Shown: positions 37,097 to 50,137, counted from the whole stretch's first letter. The stretch is 62,513 nucleotides of DNA, filler included, from 6 parts of 6 records of this genome joined end to end with filler, not necessarily neighbours in it; one strand, 5' to 3'. Notes: generated by a model from the letters alone, not told the origin. Program-made: numbers and translations.

Positions 37097-40000
37097 ATGA
37101 TTACACTTTACACGTGTTACAGGCGATGTCTGCTCACATTGCTTGCTTTTTTTATGATCTCTATTCAGCTTAGCTTTGGGCAGGGATTAGAGGATTTTAC
37201 TAATATGACTCTTACGGGCAGTTCATACCAAACAGGAAGCTTTATTGGTAATAACTCAATTACTTGGAATTATACTTCTTGCAGGGGAGATCAAAAAATT
37301 GATGGAAAAGCAATTTGTACTGGAAAAAGCACAAGTACAATACAAGCAGTAAATATTCCCAATGGAGTTGGAAGCTTGAGTTTTAAATATCGACAAGCTT
37401 TTTCGAAGAGTTCCACAATGACCATATCTATTAATGGTTCGGAAATAGAAGTTGTTAATGTTAATAGTACTACAGTTAGTGCATATACTAAGGATGTTAG
37501 TGTTTCAGGAGATTTTACAATTGAGCTTAAAACTACAGAAAGAGTTATAATTGACGACATAGAATGGACATCTTATGGTTCAAGTTCGTCTCAAAGTTCT
37601 GCCAAAGCGATTACCTCATTTGCAGTTGATGGCAAATTAGCAACAATTGATGAATCTGCACACAAGCTAAGCCTTACTGTTCAAGCTACGGCAAATCTTG
37701 CAAGCTTGTCTCCTGCAATAGAGATATCTGCCAAAGCAAGTATTTTGCCTGCAAGTGGAAGTACGGTAGATTTTACAAATCCAGCTACTTATACGGTAAC
37801 GGCTGAAGATGGATCGACACAAGCTTATGAGGTAACCATTACCAAAGAGGCTGTGGTGGAATCCATTTTCTTGATAAATGAGTTGGATTGTGATCAGGCA
37901 AAAAATGATGAAGGCAAAGAAGATACATGGGAGTTTGTCGAATTGTATGATGGCGGAACGGGTAATTCTTCTCTTGACGGTCATGTACTAGTATTATATA
38001 ATGGTAGTAATGATGAATCATACCTAACAATAGATTTATCTGGAAATAGTACCAATGCGGAAGGTTTTTTTGTGATTGGGAATTCAGCTGTAGCTAATGT
38101 TGGAGTAATATTTCCGGATAATAAACTACAGAATGGTGCCGATGCAGTTGCTTTGTATAAGGCATCAGAAAGCGACTTTTCTAATGGCACAGCCTTTACT
38201 ACAAGCAATTTAGTAGATTTACTTGTTTATGATACAAGTGATTCAGATGATGCTGGTTTATTAGCAGGTTTATTAAGCGGAGGTCAAATCAATGAAAATG
38301 GAGAAGGTGATAAAAACAATCATTCCATATATAGAACAACCGACGGAGAAGGAGGAGCTAGAAATACGACAGCTTTTGTCGCGGGTCTACCAACTCCTGG
38401 AAAATCCAATGTCAATACTGATATTTCTGTGAATATCGAATTCTCAGCGAATTCAGGAACAGAAGCAGATGCAACAGCAATCACTCTAACAGCGACAGCG
38501 AGTGAAGCTGTAAGCGAAGATCAAACTGTGGATGTTACGATTTCAGGAACAGGCATTACAACAGATGATTATACCATATCTTCTACTACTTTAACCATTC
38601 TTTCAGGAGAAACAACGGCAACCTCTACCATAACTATTCTTGATGATTCAGAGGATGAGGGAATTGAAACAATGACTGTTTCGTTGAGCAATCCTTCTGC
38701 AGGAATTGTTTTGGGAAGTACAATAAGTGGTGATATTAGTATTACTGACAATGATGGTGCTGGAAACGATGGATCGGAAGCCAAGCCTTTTACCATAGCA
38801 GAAGCAATAGCATTACCAAATACTGAGAAAACAACTAAAACACGTTATTTTGCTTACGGATATATCGTAGGAGTAGGGGATACCTTTGAAGGACCTTTTT
38901 CTAGTGAGTATTATATAACAGTTGCAGACTCTAAAGACGAAACCAACTTTGATAATTGTCTGAATTTAAAACTAGAATCAGGAGATAACCGGAACAATTG
39001 GAATCTGAAAAATAATCCTGAAAATTTAGGTAAACAAATTAAATTTGACGGATATAGAGGAGAGTATAGCTCGCATCAATCATTTGAAGGCAATGCTGTA
39101 ATTGAAGAATTGACAGGTCTGGCTTTGCCAAGTGTTGAACTTGCTTTGTCTGCCAATTCGGGAACGGAAGGGGATGCAACAGCAATTACTTTAACAGTAA
39201 GTACATCAGAAGTTGTAAGTGAAAATCAAAGTATTGATTTAAGTGTTTCTGGAACGGGAATAACAGATGGAGATTATGCTTTAATAGCCAATCAGTTAAC
39301 AATTTTGGCTGGAGAAACAACTGCAACAACTACATTAACAATTGTTGATGATTCCGATGTTGAAGAAGAGGAAAAGCTAACACTTACTTTATCGAATCCT
39401 TCTGCAGGAATTCAATTGGGTTCGACAATAACAGGAGATATTACCATTACGGATAATGATATTGCCGTTCCTGATGGTTCTGAGGGAAATCCATTTACCA
39501 TTACTCAGGCTATTGCACTTCCTGAAAATTCGACAAAATATTTTGCTTACGGTTATATTGTTAGTGTAGGAACCGATTTTGAAGCTCCATATACGAATCA
39601 ATATTACATTTCTGTAGCAGATTCTAAAGATGAAACCAATTTTGACAATTGCTTGAATCTGAAATTAGAAGCAGGTTCCAATCGCGACAATTGGAATTTG
39701 AAAGATCATCCTGAAAATCAGGGTAAGCAAATCAAGTTTAATGGGAATAGAGATTCATACAATTCACATGCTGCTTTTAAAGGCAATGCTGTAATTGAAG
39801 AATTGTCTTCAGGACCAGCTCTACCAAGTGTGGAACTTGCTTTATCTGCTAATTCAGGATCTGAGGCTGCTACCAGCGGCATCACTCTAACGCTTACTGT
39901 TTCGGAAACAGTAGATGAAAATCAAACTGTAGACTTAAGTATTACAGGTTCTGGAATAACAGCTTCAGATTATACTCTATCTGCAAGCAGCTTAACGATC

Positions 40001-43000
40001 TTGTCTGGAGAAACAAGTGCCACAGCCACACTAACCATTGTTGATGATTCGGATGTTGAAGGAACGGAGACGATGACGGTTAGCTTAACAAATCCTTCTG
40101 CGGGAATTGTTTTAGGAACTACAGTAGCCGGAAACATTAGAATTGCTGATAATGATGGAAGTACAGGCAGTATTTTAGACAATTACGTTTATCTCGATCC
40201 CAGTACAAGTGGAGATGGAAGCATTGTTGTGAATTTAACGCCTAAAGAATATGTGGCTACAGTAAGTCCTAGTCATCACATGACAAGTGTGAAGATTCCT
40301 GCTGATTATTATAGCGATGCTGTTGGCTTGACAGGAGCTAATTTGAGAAGTGAAATTTTGTCAATCATCAGCACCGGGGCTATAAAGTTACCTTATTCAA
40401 GTTCTTCAAGCGATGTTTGGGATATGTGTGAAGCGGGTGACCAAAATCCAAAAAATGCGTCACAGGTTTGGCAGATGTATGTTGAGGAAGGAATTGCTAA
40501 AACTGCTCACGTTTCAGGAAGTACAGGTTGGAATAGAGAACATACCTGGGCGAAATCTCATGGTGATTTTGGAACATCGGCTGGACCGGGAACTGATGGT
40601 CACCACCTAAGAGCAACCGATGCACAAGAAAATAGTGCGCGTGGGAGTCGTGATTTTGGTAATGATTCACCTGGATATACGCCTCCAAAATCAGCTCGTG
40701 GTGATGTGGCTCGTATGATTTTTTATATGGCTACTCGTTGGGAGATGACTGTTGATGATCAGTGTAAAGAAACTGAATCTGCTGCTCGTCATGGTAAGTT
40801 GTCTCATTTGTTGCAATGGCACGAAGAGGATCCTGTAGATCCATATGAAGTAAGAAGAAACAATGTAATTTTCGGATTTCAGAACAACAGAAACCCTTTT
40901 GTTGATCATCCGGAATTGGTACAATATATTTTTGGTGAAGCCAAGGACATTGCCTGGAATGGTGGTATTGGCACGGAACCTTCAAAAATTACAATCTCAG
41001 GAGCTTTAGCTGACTTCGAAATGGTGAAGTTTGGAGAAGAATCTTCTGTTCAAACCTTCTCTATTTCGGCAAATGAATTGGTAGAAGATATTGCTATTAC
41101 AGCACCTCAGCATTTCTTGTTGTCAACTGATGCAATAAGTTATACATCTTCTTTGAGTTTGCCTCTTAGTTCTGGATCTCTTGCAGAAACTACGATTTCT
41201 GTAAAATTTGTGCCTGAATCTGCTGTTAATACAGATATAAGTGGAAGCATACAAATTGTAAGCGGAGAAGAATCTAAAACAATATCTGTTTCAGGAACCG
41301 AAGGCGATCCAGCTCTTGTTCCAGTAGCCTTCTTCCAGGAGAATTTTGAAACGAATACTCATGCCAATTGGATTTTGAAATCAATAGTAGGAGATCGCAA
41401 TTGGGAAATTACAGAGCATTCTGATAACAAATACATGCAAATGTCGGCATATCAAGCATCAGGGGATGTTGTTTCCTGGTTGATTACTCCGGCAATAGAT
41501 TTGGATGCTTATAGCAATGAGAAGCTAAACTTTAAAACGAAAAATGGTTACTATAAAGGAATTACGCTTGAAGTTTTAATTTCGACCGATTTTGATGGTT
41601 CAGATGTTGCCAATGCAACATGGCAAACAGTACCTGCAACAATAGATGAAAGAAATAACTCATCTTACGGAAGTACCTTTGTTGAGTCTGGCGCTGTAGA
41701 TTTATCAAGTTATGAAGGAGAGGTTTATCTTGCCTTTAAATATTCAGGAAATGGAAGTTCTTTAACCACAACCTATCAGGTGGATGATGTTACGATTGAA
41801 GGAAATAAAGTTCCACTTACAGGTACTCTTACAAGTAATTTAACTGAAGATCTCCTATTTCCTTATACCGAAGCAGGAGATGTTAGCGAAACGAAAACCT
41901 ATGAGTTGAGTTTTGATAAACTGGAAGGTGACATTAGTGTTAAAGCAAGCGACAATTATGAGCTTTCTTTGGATGGTATTGCATGGACTTCAAGCCTAAG
42001 TATTGCTAAAACAGAGGAGTCGCCAAAGCTAATCAATATTAGATTTGCACCTAAAACTTCTGCTATTAACGGAATTGCCGGAAGTATTACAAATAAGGCT
42101 AAAGGAGCAGAATCTCTTGTGATTAACATGTCTTCAGAAAAATCTGATGAAATTGCAGATGCTACAACTCTTGGAAAAGATAAAACCTTGGATATCGTAT
42201 CCTGGAATATCGAATGGTTTGGAGCACCAGGTAAATCGAAAAGTGCTTCAAGTTTCTCTGAACAATTGGATGCTGTTTCTGCTAAAATAATCGAATTTGA
42301 TGCGGATGTGTATGCATTGCAAGAATTGGTTTCTGATGATTTGAATGGAGATTATCTGCAGCCTTTGGTAGATAAATTGAATGAATTGGCAGGAAGTGAT
42401 TCTTATGCAGGAATTATGGGACCAAGATATTCTCATGACGATAGCGATCCGAGTACAGATTTTCCTGCTCAACGTGTTTGCTACGTTTATAATAAAACAA
42501 GCGTCAGCAAGTTGAATGATTTTTCAATGTTCTCTGATGAGTATCAAGGTGGATCCACTTCATCTATTGAAGGATATACTGGTGATGCTTCCAAGTTTTG
42601 GGCATCGGGTCGTTTGCCATACTTCTTCGAAGCTGAGGTGAATATCAATGGAGCTAGTGAGAGAATTGCTTTTGTAAATATCCATGCTAAGTGTTGTTAT
42701 CAGAATCATGCAAGAAAATTGGCAGATGCAAAATATCTGTTGAATGCATTGAATACAGATTATCCGAATGATAATTTGGTAATCCTGGGAGATTACAACG
42801 ACTACCTGGAAGGAAGTATGTCTAGTGGTAAATCTTCTCCTTATGCGTCATGGTTCGAGACAGATGATTATTTTGATCATGTATTAACATCTACAACAAA
42901 TATCGATCACATTAGTATTTCGAATGAATTGTATGATGAGTATGAAATACTAACGAATAATACAAGTCAGGCGAATACCTCGATTTCTGATCATCACCCA

Positions 43001-45058
43001 ATCATGCTGCGATTGAAATTACATGCTTATTCTTCGCAAATTCTAGCAGAAAATACTGATGATTTGAATTTTGATTTTGTAGATGTTGAGAATTCTGAAG
43101 CTCCTTCGGCAACTAAAACATATACCATCAAAGGAATTGATTTGGAAGAAGATCTTACGGTTTCGGTTGATCAATCTTTCGAGCTTTCCGTAGATGGGAG
43201 TGCTTGGGCATCATCAGTAAGTATCGCTAAAGAAGAAGCTACAAGCAAGCAAATTCAGATTCGCTTTAATCCTACAGCGGCTTATACCGAAAAAGTTTCT
43301 GCAAATATTATACACAAAACAAAAGGTGCAAAAACAGTAAGAATACCGGTTCTTGCTTATGGTAAACCGGATGTTTTGGCTCCAGAGTTTGTGAGTGGAT
43401 ACCCGAACATTGATAGTTTTACTTCTTCCTCATTTGTGATGAATGTGAAACTGAATGAAGAAGGAAAGGTTTACTTTGTTGTTTTGGCAGATAATGCAGA
43501 TGTGCCTTCAATTGAAGCGGTGAAAGCTGGTACTGATGCGATTGTTGCGGGATCATTTGATATTGCAACAGAAGAAATTGCTCATGAGGTAGTTGGTTTG
43601 ACCAAAACTACAGATTACGATGTTTATTTAGTTGCAGAAGATGATAATGAGCCTGTAGCAAATACAAGTGCTGTGGTAACAAAATTGGAAGTTAAGACCA
43701 ATGATCATATTTTGTTGCCATTCGAATATATTTCTACAGTTACTGCAGGAGAACATTATGAAAGTACAGGTATTCCGGTAAATTACTATCAGGAAGCTGA
43801 AGGTACCAAAGCAGATGTTCTAAAAGACAAATTGGCTGTAATTATTAATGCCGGCTTTGTTTCTTATCCTTACGAAGAAGACGGAAGAGGAGATGTTGCT
43901 CCTGAGAGCCGTAGATTTGTAACCGGAGATATTCCTTTAGATGTATACGATATTATGGATGAGGCGGATCGTGATCCGAACAATCCTTCTAAAGTATACA
44001 TGATATATAAAGAAATGGTGTATGATGCTGATGCAAAACATTTGGGATTAAGTGGATCTCAGGAAAAATGGAATAGAGAGCATGTTTATCCACAGTCAAC
44101 CGGTGGTTTTAAAAATGCGAGAGCTCCATGGGGATCAGGCTCCTATGCAAATGGGGATATCATCGAAAATGCTGGTGATGATTTAGCCTTGGCTCAATCT
44201 GATGCTCACCATTTGAGAAGTTCGGATAAGAATGAGAACAACAAGCGTAACAATTTCCCATTTGCGAATTCAACTTCGGGTAGTAAATATGCACCGCCAT
44301 TATCTGCTAAAGGTGATGTCGCTCGTGTTATTTTCTATTTGAATTTACGTTATGGATTAGATATTTCACAAGTTGGATCAGTTGAAATGTTTAAGGAGTG
44401 GTCTGAGCTTGATCCGGTAGACCCTTATGAGGTTAGACACAATAATGTAGTTTACAAATATCAGAAGAATAGAAATCCATTTATCGATTATCCTGAATTG
44501 GTAGAGTATATCTACGGTGATAAAACCACTACCGCTTGGAAAGCTGATGAAAAAGAAACTCAAACCATCACTTTTACCGAAATCTCAGATAAAGTCTATG
44601 GTGATGAGGCATTCAATTTGGAAGCAAGTTCAACCTCTGGTTTAGATGTGAGTTTTGAATTGGTTTCCGGACCAGCTGATGTTGTAGGAAAACAATTGAC
44701 CATTACTGGAGCAGGAACGGTTGTAGTAAAAGCTACCCAAGTGGGTAATGATGATTTTGAGTCTGCGGATCCTGTAAATCAGTCATTTGTTATTGTTAAG
44801 GCAAATCAAAGCATTTCATTTACTGAGATAGGAGATAAATTATTTGGAGATGAAGCCTTTAAATTAGTAGCAAGCGCTACATCAGGCTTAGAGATAAACT
44901 TTAATGTCATTTCCGGACTAGCAACGGTAATTGGAGATGAATTGACAATTACAGGAGTTGGAAGCGTAACTGTATTTGCTAGTCAGACAGGAAATGATAA
45001 TTATAAGGAAGCTAATCCAGCAAGTCGGACTTTCACTGTAGCTAAAGCAGCTCAGGTG
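37097..45058 (+). CDS. Giant secreted multidomain nuclease (2x endonuclease I + EEP), 3' truncated
   Basis: Signal peptide; YTVTAEDG Ig-like domain; INE..D...EFVELY lamin-tail domain; 3 Calx-beta-like and 2 DGS..PFTI repeats; two WNREH...D.HHLR...N..RG/N...GDVAR domains; WLITPAID domain; EEP motifs SWNIEW/LQE/GDYND/DH/SDH. Confidence 0.88.
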
Positions 45059-45158
45059 NNNNNNNNNNNNNNNNNNNNNNNNNNNNNNNNNNNNNNNNNN
45101 NNTTAATTAATTAANNNNNNNNNNNNNNNNNNNNNNNNNNNNNNNNNNNNNNNNNNNN
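45059..45158. other. Artificial contig linker
   Basis: N-run + TTAATTAATTAA + N-run. Confidence 0.98.
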
Positions 45159-45725
45159 AAGGAAGACGGCTTCAAGGTCTATATCGAAACGACGACCGAG
45201 GCCTTCGCCGATCCGACCATCAAGGATCTGAGCCTGATCGTTCCGATCTATACGATGTCGAAGATCGAGAAAGAGGAAGTCGCCAACCTGACCAGCGCGG
45301 TCGAAGGAGGTGTCGGCCTTGCCGGCTTCCATGGCGGCATGTGCGACGCATTCCGCGATTCGGTCGACTACCAGTTCATGTGTGGCGGCCAATGGGTTGC
45401 CCATCCGGGACAGATCATTGATTTCTGGATCGATGTCGCCAATCCGGACGATCCGATTATGGAGGGCATCGAGCGCTTTCCATGCAAATCGGAGCAGTAT
45501 TACATGCATGTCGACCCGTCGATCGAGGTTCTCGCCACCACCACTTTCAGCGGCGAGCACGCTTGGTGGATCGAAGGCGTCGTGATGCCGGCGATATGGA
45601 AGCGCAAGCACGGCAAGGGACGGGTCTTCTACCAGTCCGTCGGGCATGTTTCGGCCGAGTTCGACATTCCGGAAGTGCGGACGATCATGCGTCGCGGCAT
45701 GAATTGGGCCGCGGCCGACGCCTGA
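45159..45725 (+). CDS. ThuA-like (class I glutamine amidotransferase fold) protein, 5' truncated
   Basis: GVGLAGFHG, GGQWVAHP, SEQYY and GKGRVFYQSVGH motifs. Confidence 0.85.
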   Translation, partial: KEDGFKVYIETTTEAFADPTIKDLSLIVPIYTMSKIEKEEVANLTSAVEGGVGLAGFHGGMCDAFRDSVDYQFMCGGQWVAHPGQIIDFWIDVANPDDPIMEGIERFPCKSEQYYMHVDPSIEVLATTTFSGEHAWWIEGVVMPAIWKRKHGKGRVFYQSVGHVSAEFDIPEVRTIMRRGMNWAAADA

Positions 45726-46274
45726 GCGGGAACCGGAGATGGCGTTGTCAGGGCGTTGTCAAGTTGCCGGTCTCCGGCACGGGGAAGGTCTGTCCAAGTT
45801 TCGACTACGCCGCCGCCGCCCTTGTCGAGTGGCGTGAACTTGCTGCTTGAGAAACAAACGATTCCGGATATCCCGGTCCCTTGCAATTCCCCCTGACAAT
45901 GCCTCGCGAAGACTTTCCGCGCAAATCGTCCAAAACGCGCCCAAAGCACCGTCTCTCGGTGGCGAAGTGGCTCCGAAAACCCAAGAAGCCCCGGAACACC
46001 GGGACTTCTTGGGTTAGAATATCCAGTCGAGGGGAACACCCCGGGTGGGTGGGAGTGCAGGCAGTCCGCAGTGAACCCGTCCCTGCTAGAAATTCCCTGT
46101 TCGACGGGAAAGTTCAGGAAGAACTCACGAAGTCAGCCGCATTTCGGAGCATCTTCCGCATCATTGAAATACGTCACGGTATTCGCGCATAGGATTTGCG
46201 ATAGGCCAATGGGTCGACTTCCCCGTCGCGGCCGGCGAAAGACGATAGACACGACGGCAATAGTGCCTTAATTA

Positions 46275-46290
46275 GGTTAATCGTTTAATC
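46275..46290. promoter_or_regulatory. LacI-type operator
   Basis: GGTTAATCGTTTAATC, CG-centred imperfect palindrome 26 bp before the LacI gene. Confidence 0.65.
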
Positions 46291-46316
46291 ACACCTGCCT
46301 TTGTGGGGGAGGGCAG

Positions 46317-47393
46317 TTGGCCTATCCGCGCCCGGGACCGAACCTGAACAAGATTGCGACCGCACTCGGCGTTTCGGCGGCGACCGTATCCAACGCGCTT
46401 TCCGGCAAGGGGCGGGTTTCGGCGGAACTGGCCGAACGGATCCGCGCCAAGGCGAGCGAAGTCGGCTATGTCCCGAGCCCGGCGGGCCGCGCTCTCCGGA
46501 CAGGGCGCACCGGCGTGCTGGGTCTGGTGCTGCCCGACATTGCCAATCCCCTTTTTCCGCAGATTGCCCAGGCCATCGAACACGCCGCCAGCAATATCGA
46601 ATACGGCGTGCTGATCGCCGATTCGCGCGGCGACGTCGCGATGCAGACGGAAGCGATCAACCGACTGATCGAACAGGACGTCGACGGCATCCTGATCGTT
46701 CCTCGACGCGGCACACGTATTGCCGATATCGGCTGTCCGGTCGCCGTCATCGACAGCCCGTCGACACCCGGCAACACCGTCGCGGCGGACCATTGGCAGG
46801 GCGGCCAGGAAGTCGGCGAGCATCTGGCCGGGCTTGGACATCGGAAACTTCTACTGATCGGCAACAACCCCGATTCCAACGTCCAGAACGACCGCATTGG
46901 AGGCATGAAGTCGCGGCTGCCGCCGGACGGCACGGCCGAGGTGCTGTGGATCGAGCCGTTGGAGCGGCAAAAGGGCAAGGGCTGCCTTCTCGGCTTGGCG
47001 GGCAAGGTGGCGGAGGGCTTCACCGCCTTTGCCACGGTCTCCGACCTGCATGCCCTGCGGGCGCTTACCGAACTGCACCGGGCCGGCGTCAGCGTACCCG
47101 AAGAGGCGAGCATCACCGGCTTCGACGATCTCGTCTGGGCGTCGGTGGTGACGCCCGGACTGACGACGGTCCGCATGGACATGCCGCGCATCGCCGAGAT
47201 CGCGGTCGGCGCGCTTGTCGGCGTGATCGATAGCGGCTTCCAAGAGATTTCCGGCACCGCGACAGGCATCGCGGCGTCGGCGGAGACGACCCGAGTGCCC
47301 ATGCAATTGGTGGTTCGGCAAACGACCGCTCCGGTCGCGCGTCCCACCGCCAAGACGCGAACCCAAACCCCTGGAGGAAAGAGCCTATGCTGA
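46317..47393 (+). CDS. LacI family transcriptional regulator
   Basis: IATALGVSAATVSNAL HTH; VPEEASITGFDD and LTTV motifs. Confidence 0.94.
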   Translation: MAYPRPGPNLNKIATALGVSAATVSNALSGKGRVSAELAERIRAKASEVGYVPSPAGRALRTGRTGVLGLVLPDIANPLFPQIAQAIEHAASNIEYGVLIADSRGDVAMQTEAINRLIEQDVDGILIVPRRGTRIADIGCPVAVIDSPSTPGNTVAADHWQGGQEVGEHLAGLGHRKLLLIGNNPDSNVQNDRIGGMKSRLPPDGTAEVLWIEPLERQKGKGCLLGLAGKVAEGFTAFATVSDLHALRALTELHRAGVSVPEEASITGFDDLVWASVVTPGLTTVRMDMPRIAEIAVGALVGVIDSGFQEISGTATGIAASAETTRVPMQLVVRQTTAPVARPTAKTRTQTPGGKSLC

Positions 47394-48412
47394 AAAAGAC
47401 CATGCTGGTTTCGGCAACCGCCCTGATGCTGTCGATGGGTGTTGCCCAGGCCGAGGACAAGACCCTCACCATTTCCGTCTATTCCTTCGCGCAGGACGCG
47501 TTCAAGGAGATGGTCTATGAGCCGTTCGAGGCCCTTTGCGGCTGCAAGCTGGTCGTCGAAACCGGCAACAGCGTCGAGCGCCTTGCCAAGATGGAAGCCA
47601 ACAAGGCCAATCCGGTCATCGACATGGCGGTCATGTCGATGGCCCATGCGCTGTCGGCGGCGCGCAAGGGCCTGATCGACAAGATCGACACCACCAAACT
47701 CTCCAGCTACGACAAGCTCTACGACATCGCCAAGGACCCGAACGGCGACGGGATGAGTGTCGGTTACACCTTCTACGCGACCTCGATCGTCTATCGGTCC
47801 GACAAGATGAAGATCGAGTCCTGGGGCGACCTTCTGAAGGACGACATCGTGCCGCATATCGCCTTCCCCAACGTCACTACCAACCAGGGCCCGCCGGCGC
47901 TCTACATGCTCGGCAAGGCGCTCGGCTCCGACACCCCGGACCTGAAGGCCCCGATCGCGGCGATCGGCGAAAAGGCGGACAAGATCGTCACCTTCTACGT
48001 CCGCTCCTCGCAGCTCGTTCAGCTGATGCGCCAGGAGGAAATCTGGGCGGCCCCGGTCGGCCGATTCTCATGGGCGCCGTTCACCAAGCTCGGCCTGCCG
48101 ATCGCCTGGGCAACGCCGAAGGAAGGCCAGACCGGCGGCCTCAACGTGATGGTCGTCACCAAGGGCTCGAAGAACCGGGACCTGGCGCTGAAGTTCATGG
48201 ATTTCTGGCTGTCCACCGAAATCCAGACCAAGCTCGCCGAAACGCTGGTCGACAGCCCGGCCAACGCCGAGGTCAAGGTTTCCGACGAAATTGCCGGCAA
48301 CATCACCTATGGCGAGGAAACCGCCAAGAGCCTGAAGCTCATTCCGTCGGCCGTCGCGCTCGACCAGCGCGACACCTGGCTGTCGGAATGGAACGCCAAG
48401 GTCGCGCAGTAA
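47387..48412 (+). CDS. ABC transporter substrate-binding protein (PotD/PotF-like)
   Basis: Signal peptide; SWGDL, PKEG and ALKFMDFWLS motifs. Confidence 0.9.
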   Translation: MLKKTMLVSATALMLSMGVAQAEDKTLTISVYSFAQDAFKEMVYEPFEALCGCKLVVETGNSVERLAKMEANKANPVIDMAVMSMAHALSAARKGLIDKIDTTKLSSYDKLYDIAKDPNGDGMSVGYTFYATSIVYRSDKMKIESWGDLLKDDIVPHIAFPNVTTNQGPPALYMLGKALGSDTPDLKAPIAAIGEKADKIVTFYVRSSQLVQLMRQEEIWAAPVGRFSWAPFTKLGLPIAWATPKEGQTGGLNVMVVTKGSKNRDLALKFMDFWLSTEIQTKLAETLVDSPANAEVKVSDEIAGNITYGEETAKSLKLIPSAVALDQRDTWLSEWNAKVAQ

Positions 48413-48533
48413 GGTTCGAGCGGGAACGTTCGAATTGATGTAAAACCTCGTCCAGCGGGGACGCGGTCGGCGGGCATGATCCCGCAGCCGCGTCCCGGCT
48501 GACCTATTTTTTATGGATTGAGAGCGCAGACAG

Positions 48534-49361
48534 ATGTTCCACAACCGGGCCGAAGCCCTCGCGCTCGCTCTGCCGGCCGCCATTTTCGCCGTCGTCGTTT
48601 TTCTTATACCGGTCGGTTTTTTGCTGTCCGAAGGCTTCCGGCCGACCGGCAGCTGGACGCTGTCGGCCTATTGGGATTTCTTCAGCCTGCCGCTCAACCG
48701 CACGGTATTCATGCGCACGCTGCGGCTCGGTGCCACCGTCACCCTCGTTTCGGCAGTCATCGGCTATGCCGCCGCCTATGCGATCGTCAGCCTGCCGGCA
48801 TCAAGCAAGGGGCGGATGGTCGGGCTGGTGGCGCTGCCACTGATGATCTCGCCGGTGGCCCGCACCTATGCCTGGATCGTCATCCTGGGGCGCACCGGCA
48901 TCATCAACAAGGCGCTCCTGGCGGTCGGCCTGAGCGACGAGCCGATTCGCATGCTGTTCACCGAAACGGCCGTCTTTATCGGCCTGCTGCAACTTTTCAT
49001 GCCGCTGATGATCATCTCGCTGGTCAGCGCGCTCGAAAACCTGCCGCGCGACGCGGTTCCGGCCGCCCGCGTGCTCGGCGCCAACTGGTTCCAGGTGTTC
49101 TGGAAGGTGATCCTGCCGCTGACCAAGGAGGGCCTGGTGATCGGTGGCACGCTGGTTTTCACCGGATCGATGACCGCCTACATCACGCCGGCCATCCTTG
49201 GTGGCGCCAAGGTGCTGATGCTGGAGACGCTGCTGTATCAGCGCGTCACCGTCGCCAACGACTTCATCTCGGCGAGCGTCATCGCCTTCATCCTGATTTC
49301 CATGAGCTTCTCCGCCAACCTTCTGCTGAAGCGCCTGGCGACGGCAAGGAATCGCAAATGA
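48534..49361 (+). CDS. ABC transporter permease (PotB-like)
   Basis: RTYAWIVILG..G.IN and AARVLGA...VILPL EAA-type loop. Confidence 0.92.
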   Translation: MFHNRAEALALALPAAIFAVVVFLIPVGFLLSEGFRPTGSWTLSAYWDFFSLPLNRTVFMRTLRLGATVTLVSAVIGYAAAYAIVSLPASSKGRMVGLVALPLMISPVARTYAWIVILGRTGIINKALLAVGLSDEPIRMLFTETAVFIGLLQLFMPLMIISLVSALENLPRDAVPAARVLGANWFQVFWKVILPLTKEGLVIGGTLVFTGSMTAYITPAILGGAKVLMLETLLYQRVTVANDFISASVIAFILISMSFSANLLLKRLATARNRK

Positions 49362-50137
49362 ACCAGCGTCTCTTCGCTCCCCTCACCCTCGGCCTCGTGC
49401 TGCTTTTCCTGATCGGTCCGTTCGCGATCATCATCGCCGCCTCGTTCTCGGCCGGCGACACCCTGGCTTTCCCGCCGGAAGGATTTTCCTTCAAATGGAT
49501 CATCAAGGTCTTCACCGTCGAGAGCTTTCGCGAAAGCTTCGCGGTGTCGATGTTCCTGGCCATCGGCGGCACCTTCGCGGCGCTCCTGCTCGGCGTTCCC
49601 GCCTCTTACGCCATGTCGCGCCACAAGCTGCCCTTCGCCGAAATGGTGCGGACGGCGGTCTCGATGCCCATCATCGTGCCCGGCATCATCGTCGGCCTGG
49701 CGCTACTGCGCTATTTCGTCGTGCCGTTCCAGTTGGAGATCATGCTGGCGCTGTTCCTGGCCCACACGGCGCTGGTGCTGCCCTATGCGGTGCGCGTCGT
49801 CTCGGCCAGCCTCAACAACCTGCGCCCCGAGATCGAGGAGGCCGCGGTGCTGCTCGGCTCGTCGCGCCTCGGGGCCTTCTTCCGGGTGGTGCTGCCGAAC
49901 ATCCGCGGCGGAATCCTTTCGGCCTTCATCCTGGGTTTCGTCACCAGCTTCAACCAGGTTCCGGTGTCGCTGTTCCTGTCGGGCCCGGGGGTGCGGACCC
50001 TGCCGATCGACATGCTCGGTTACATGGAGATCGTCTTCGACCCGTCCATCGCGGCCCTTTCGTCGCTGCTCGCTTTCATGTCCATCGGCATCGTTTTTGC
50101 CGCCGAACGTTTCCTGGGGTTCTCCCGTTATGTCTGA
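49358..50137 (+). CDS. ABC transporter permease (PotC-like)
   Basis: FPPEGFS, EEAAVLLG...VVLP and RTLP motifs; ATGA overlap. Confidence 0.92.
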   Translation: MNQRLFAPLTLGLVLLFLIGPFAIIIAASFSAGDTLAFPPEGFSFKWIIKVFTVESFRESFAVSMFLAIGGTFAALLLGVPASYAMSRHKLPFAEMVRTAVSMPIIVPGIIVGLALLRYFVVPFQLEIMLALFLAHTALVLPYAVRVVSASLNNLRPEIEEAAVLLGSSRLGAFFRVVLPNIRGGILSAFILGFVTSFNQVPVSLFLSGPGVRTLPIDMLGYMEIVFDPSIAALSSLLAFMSIGIVFAAERFLGFSRYV

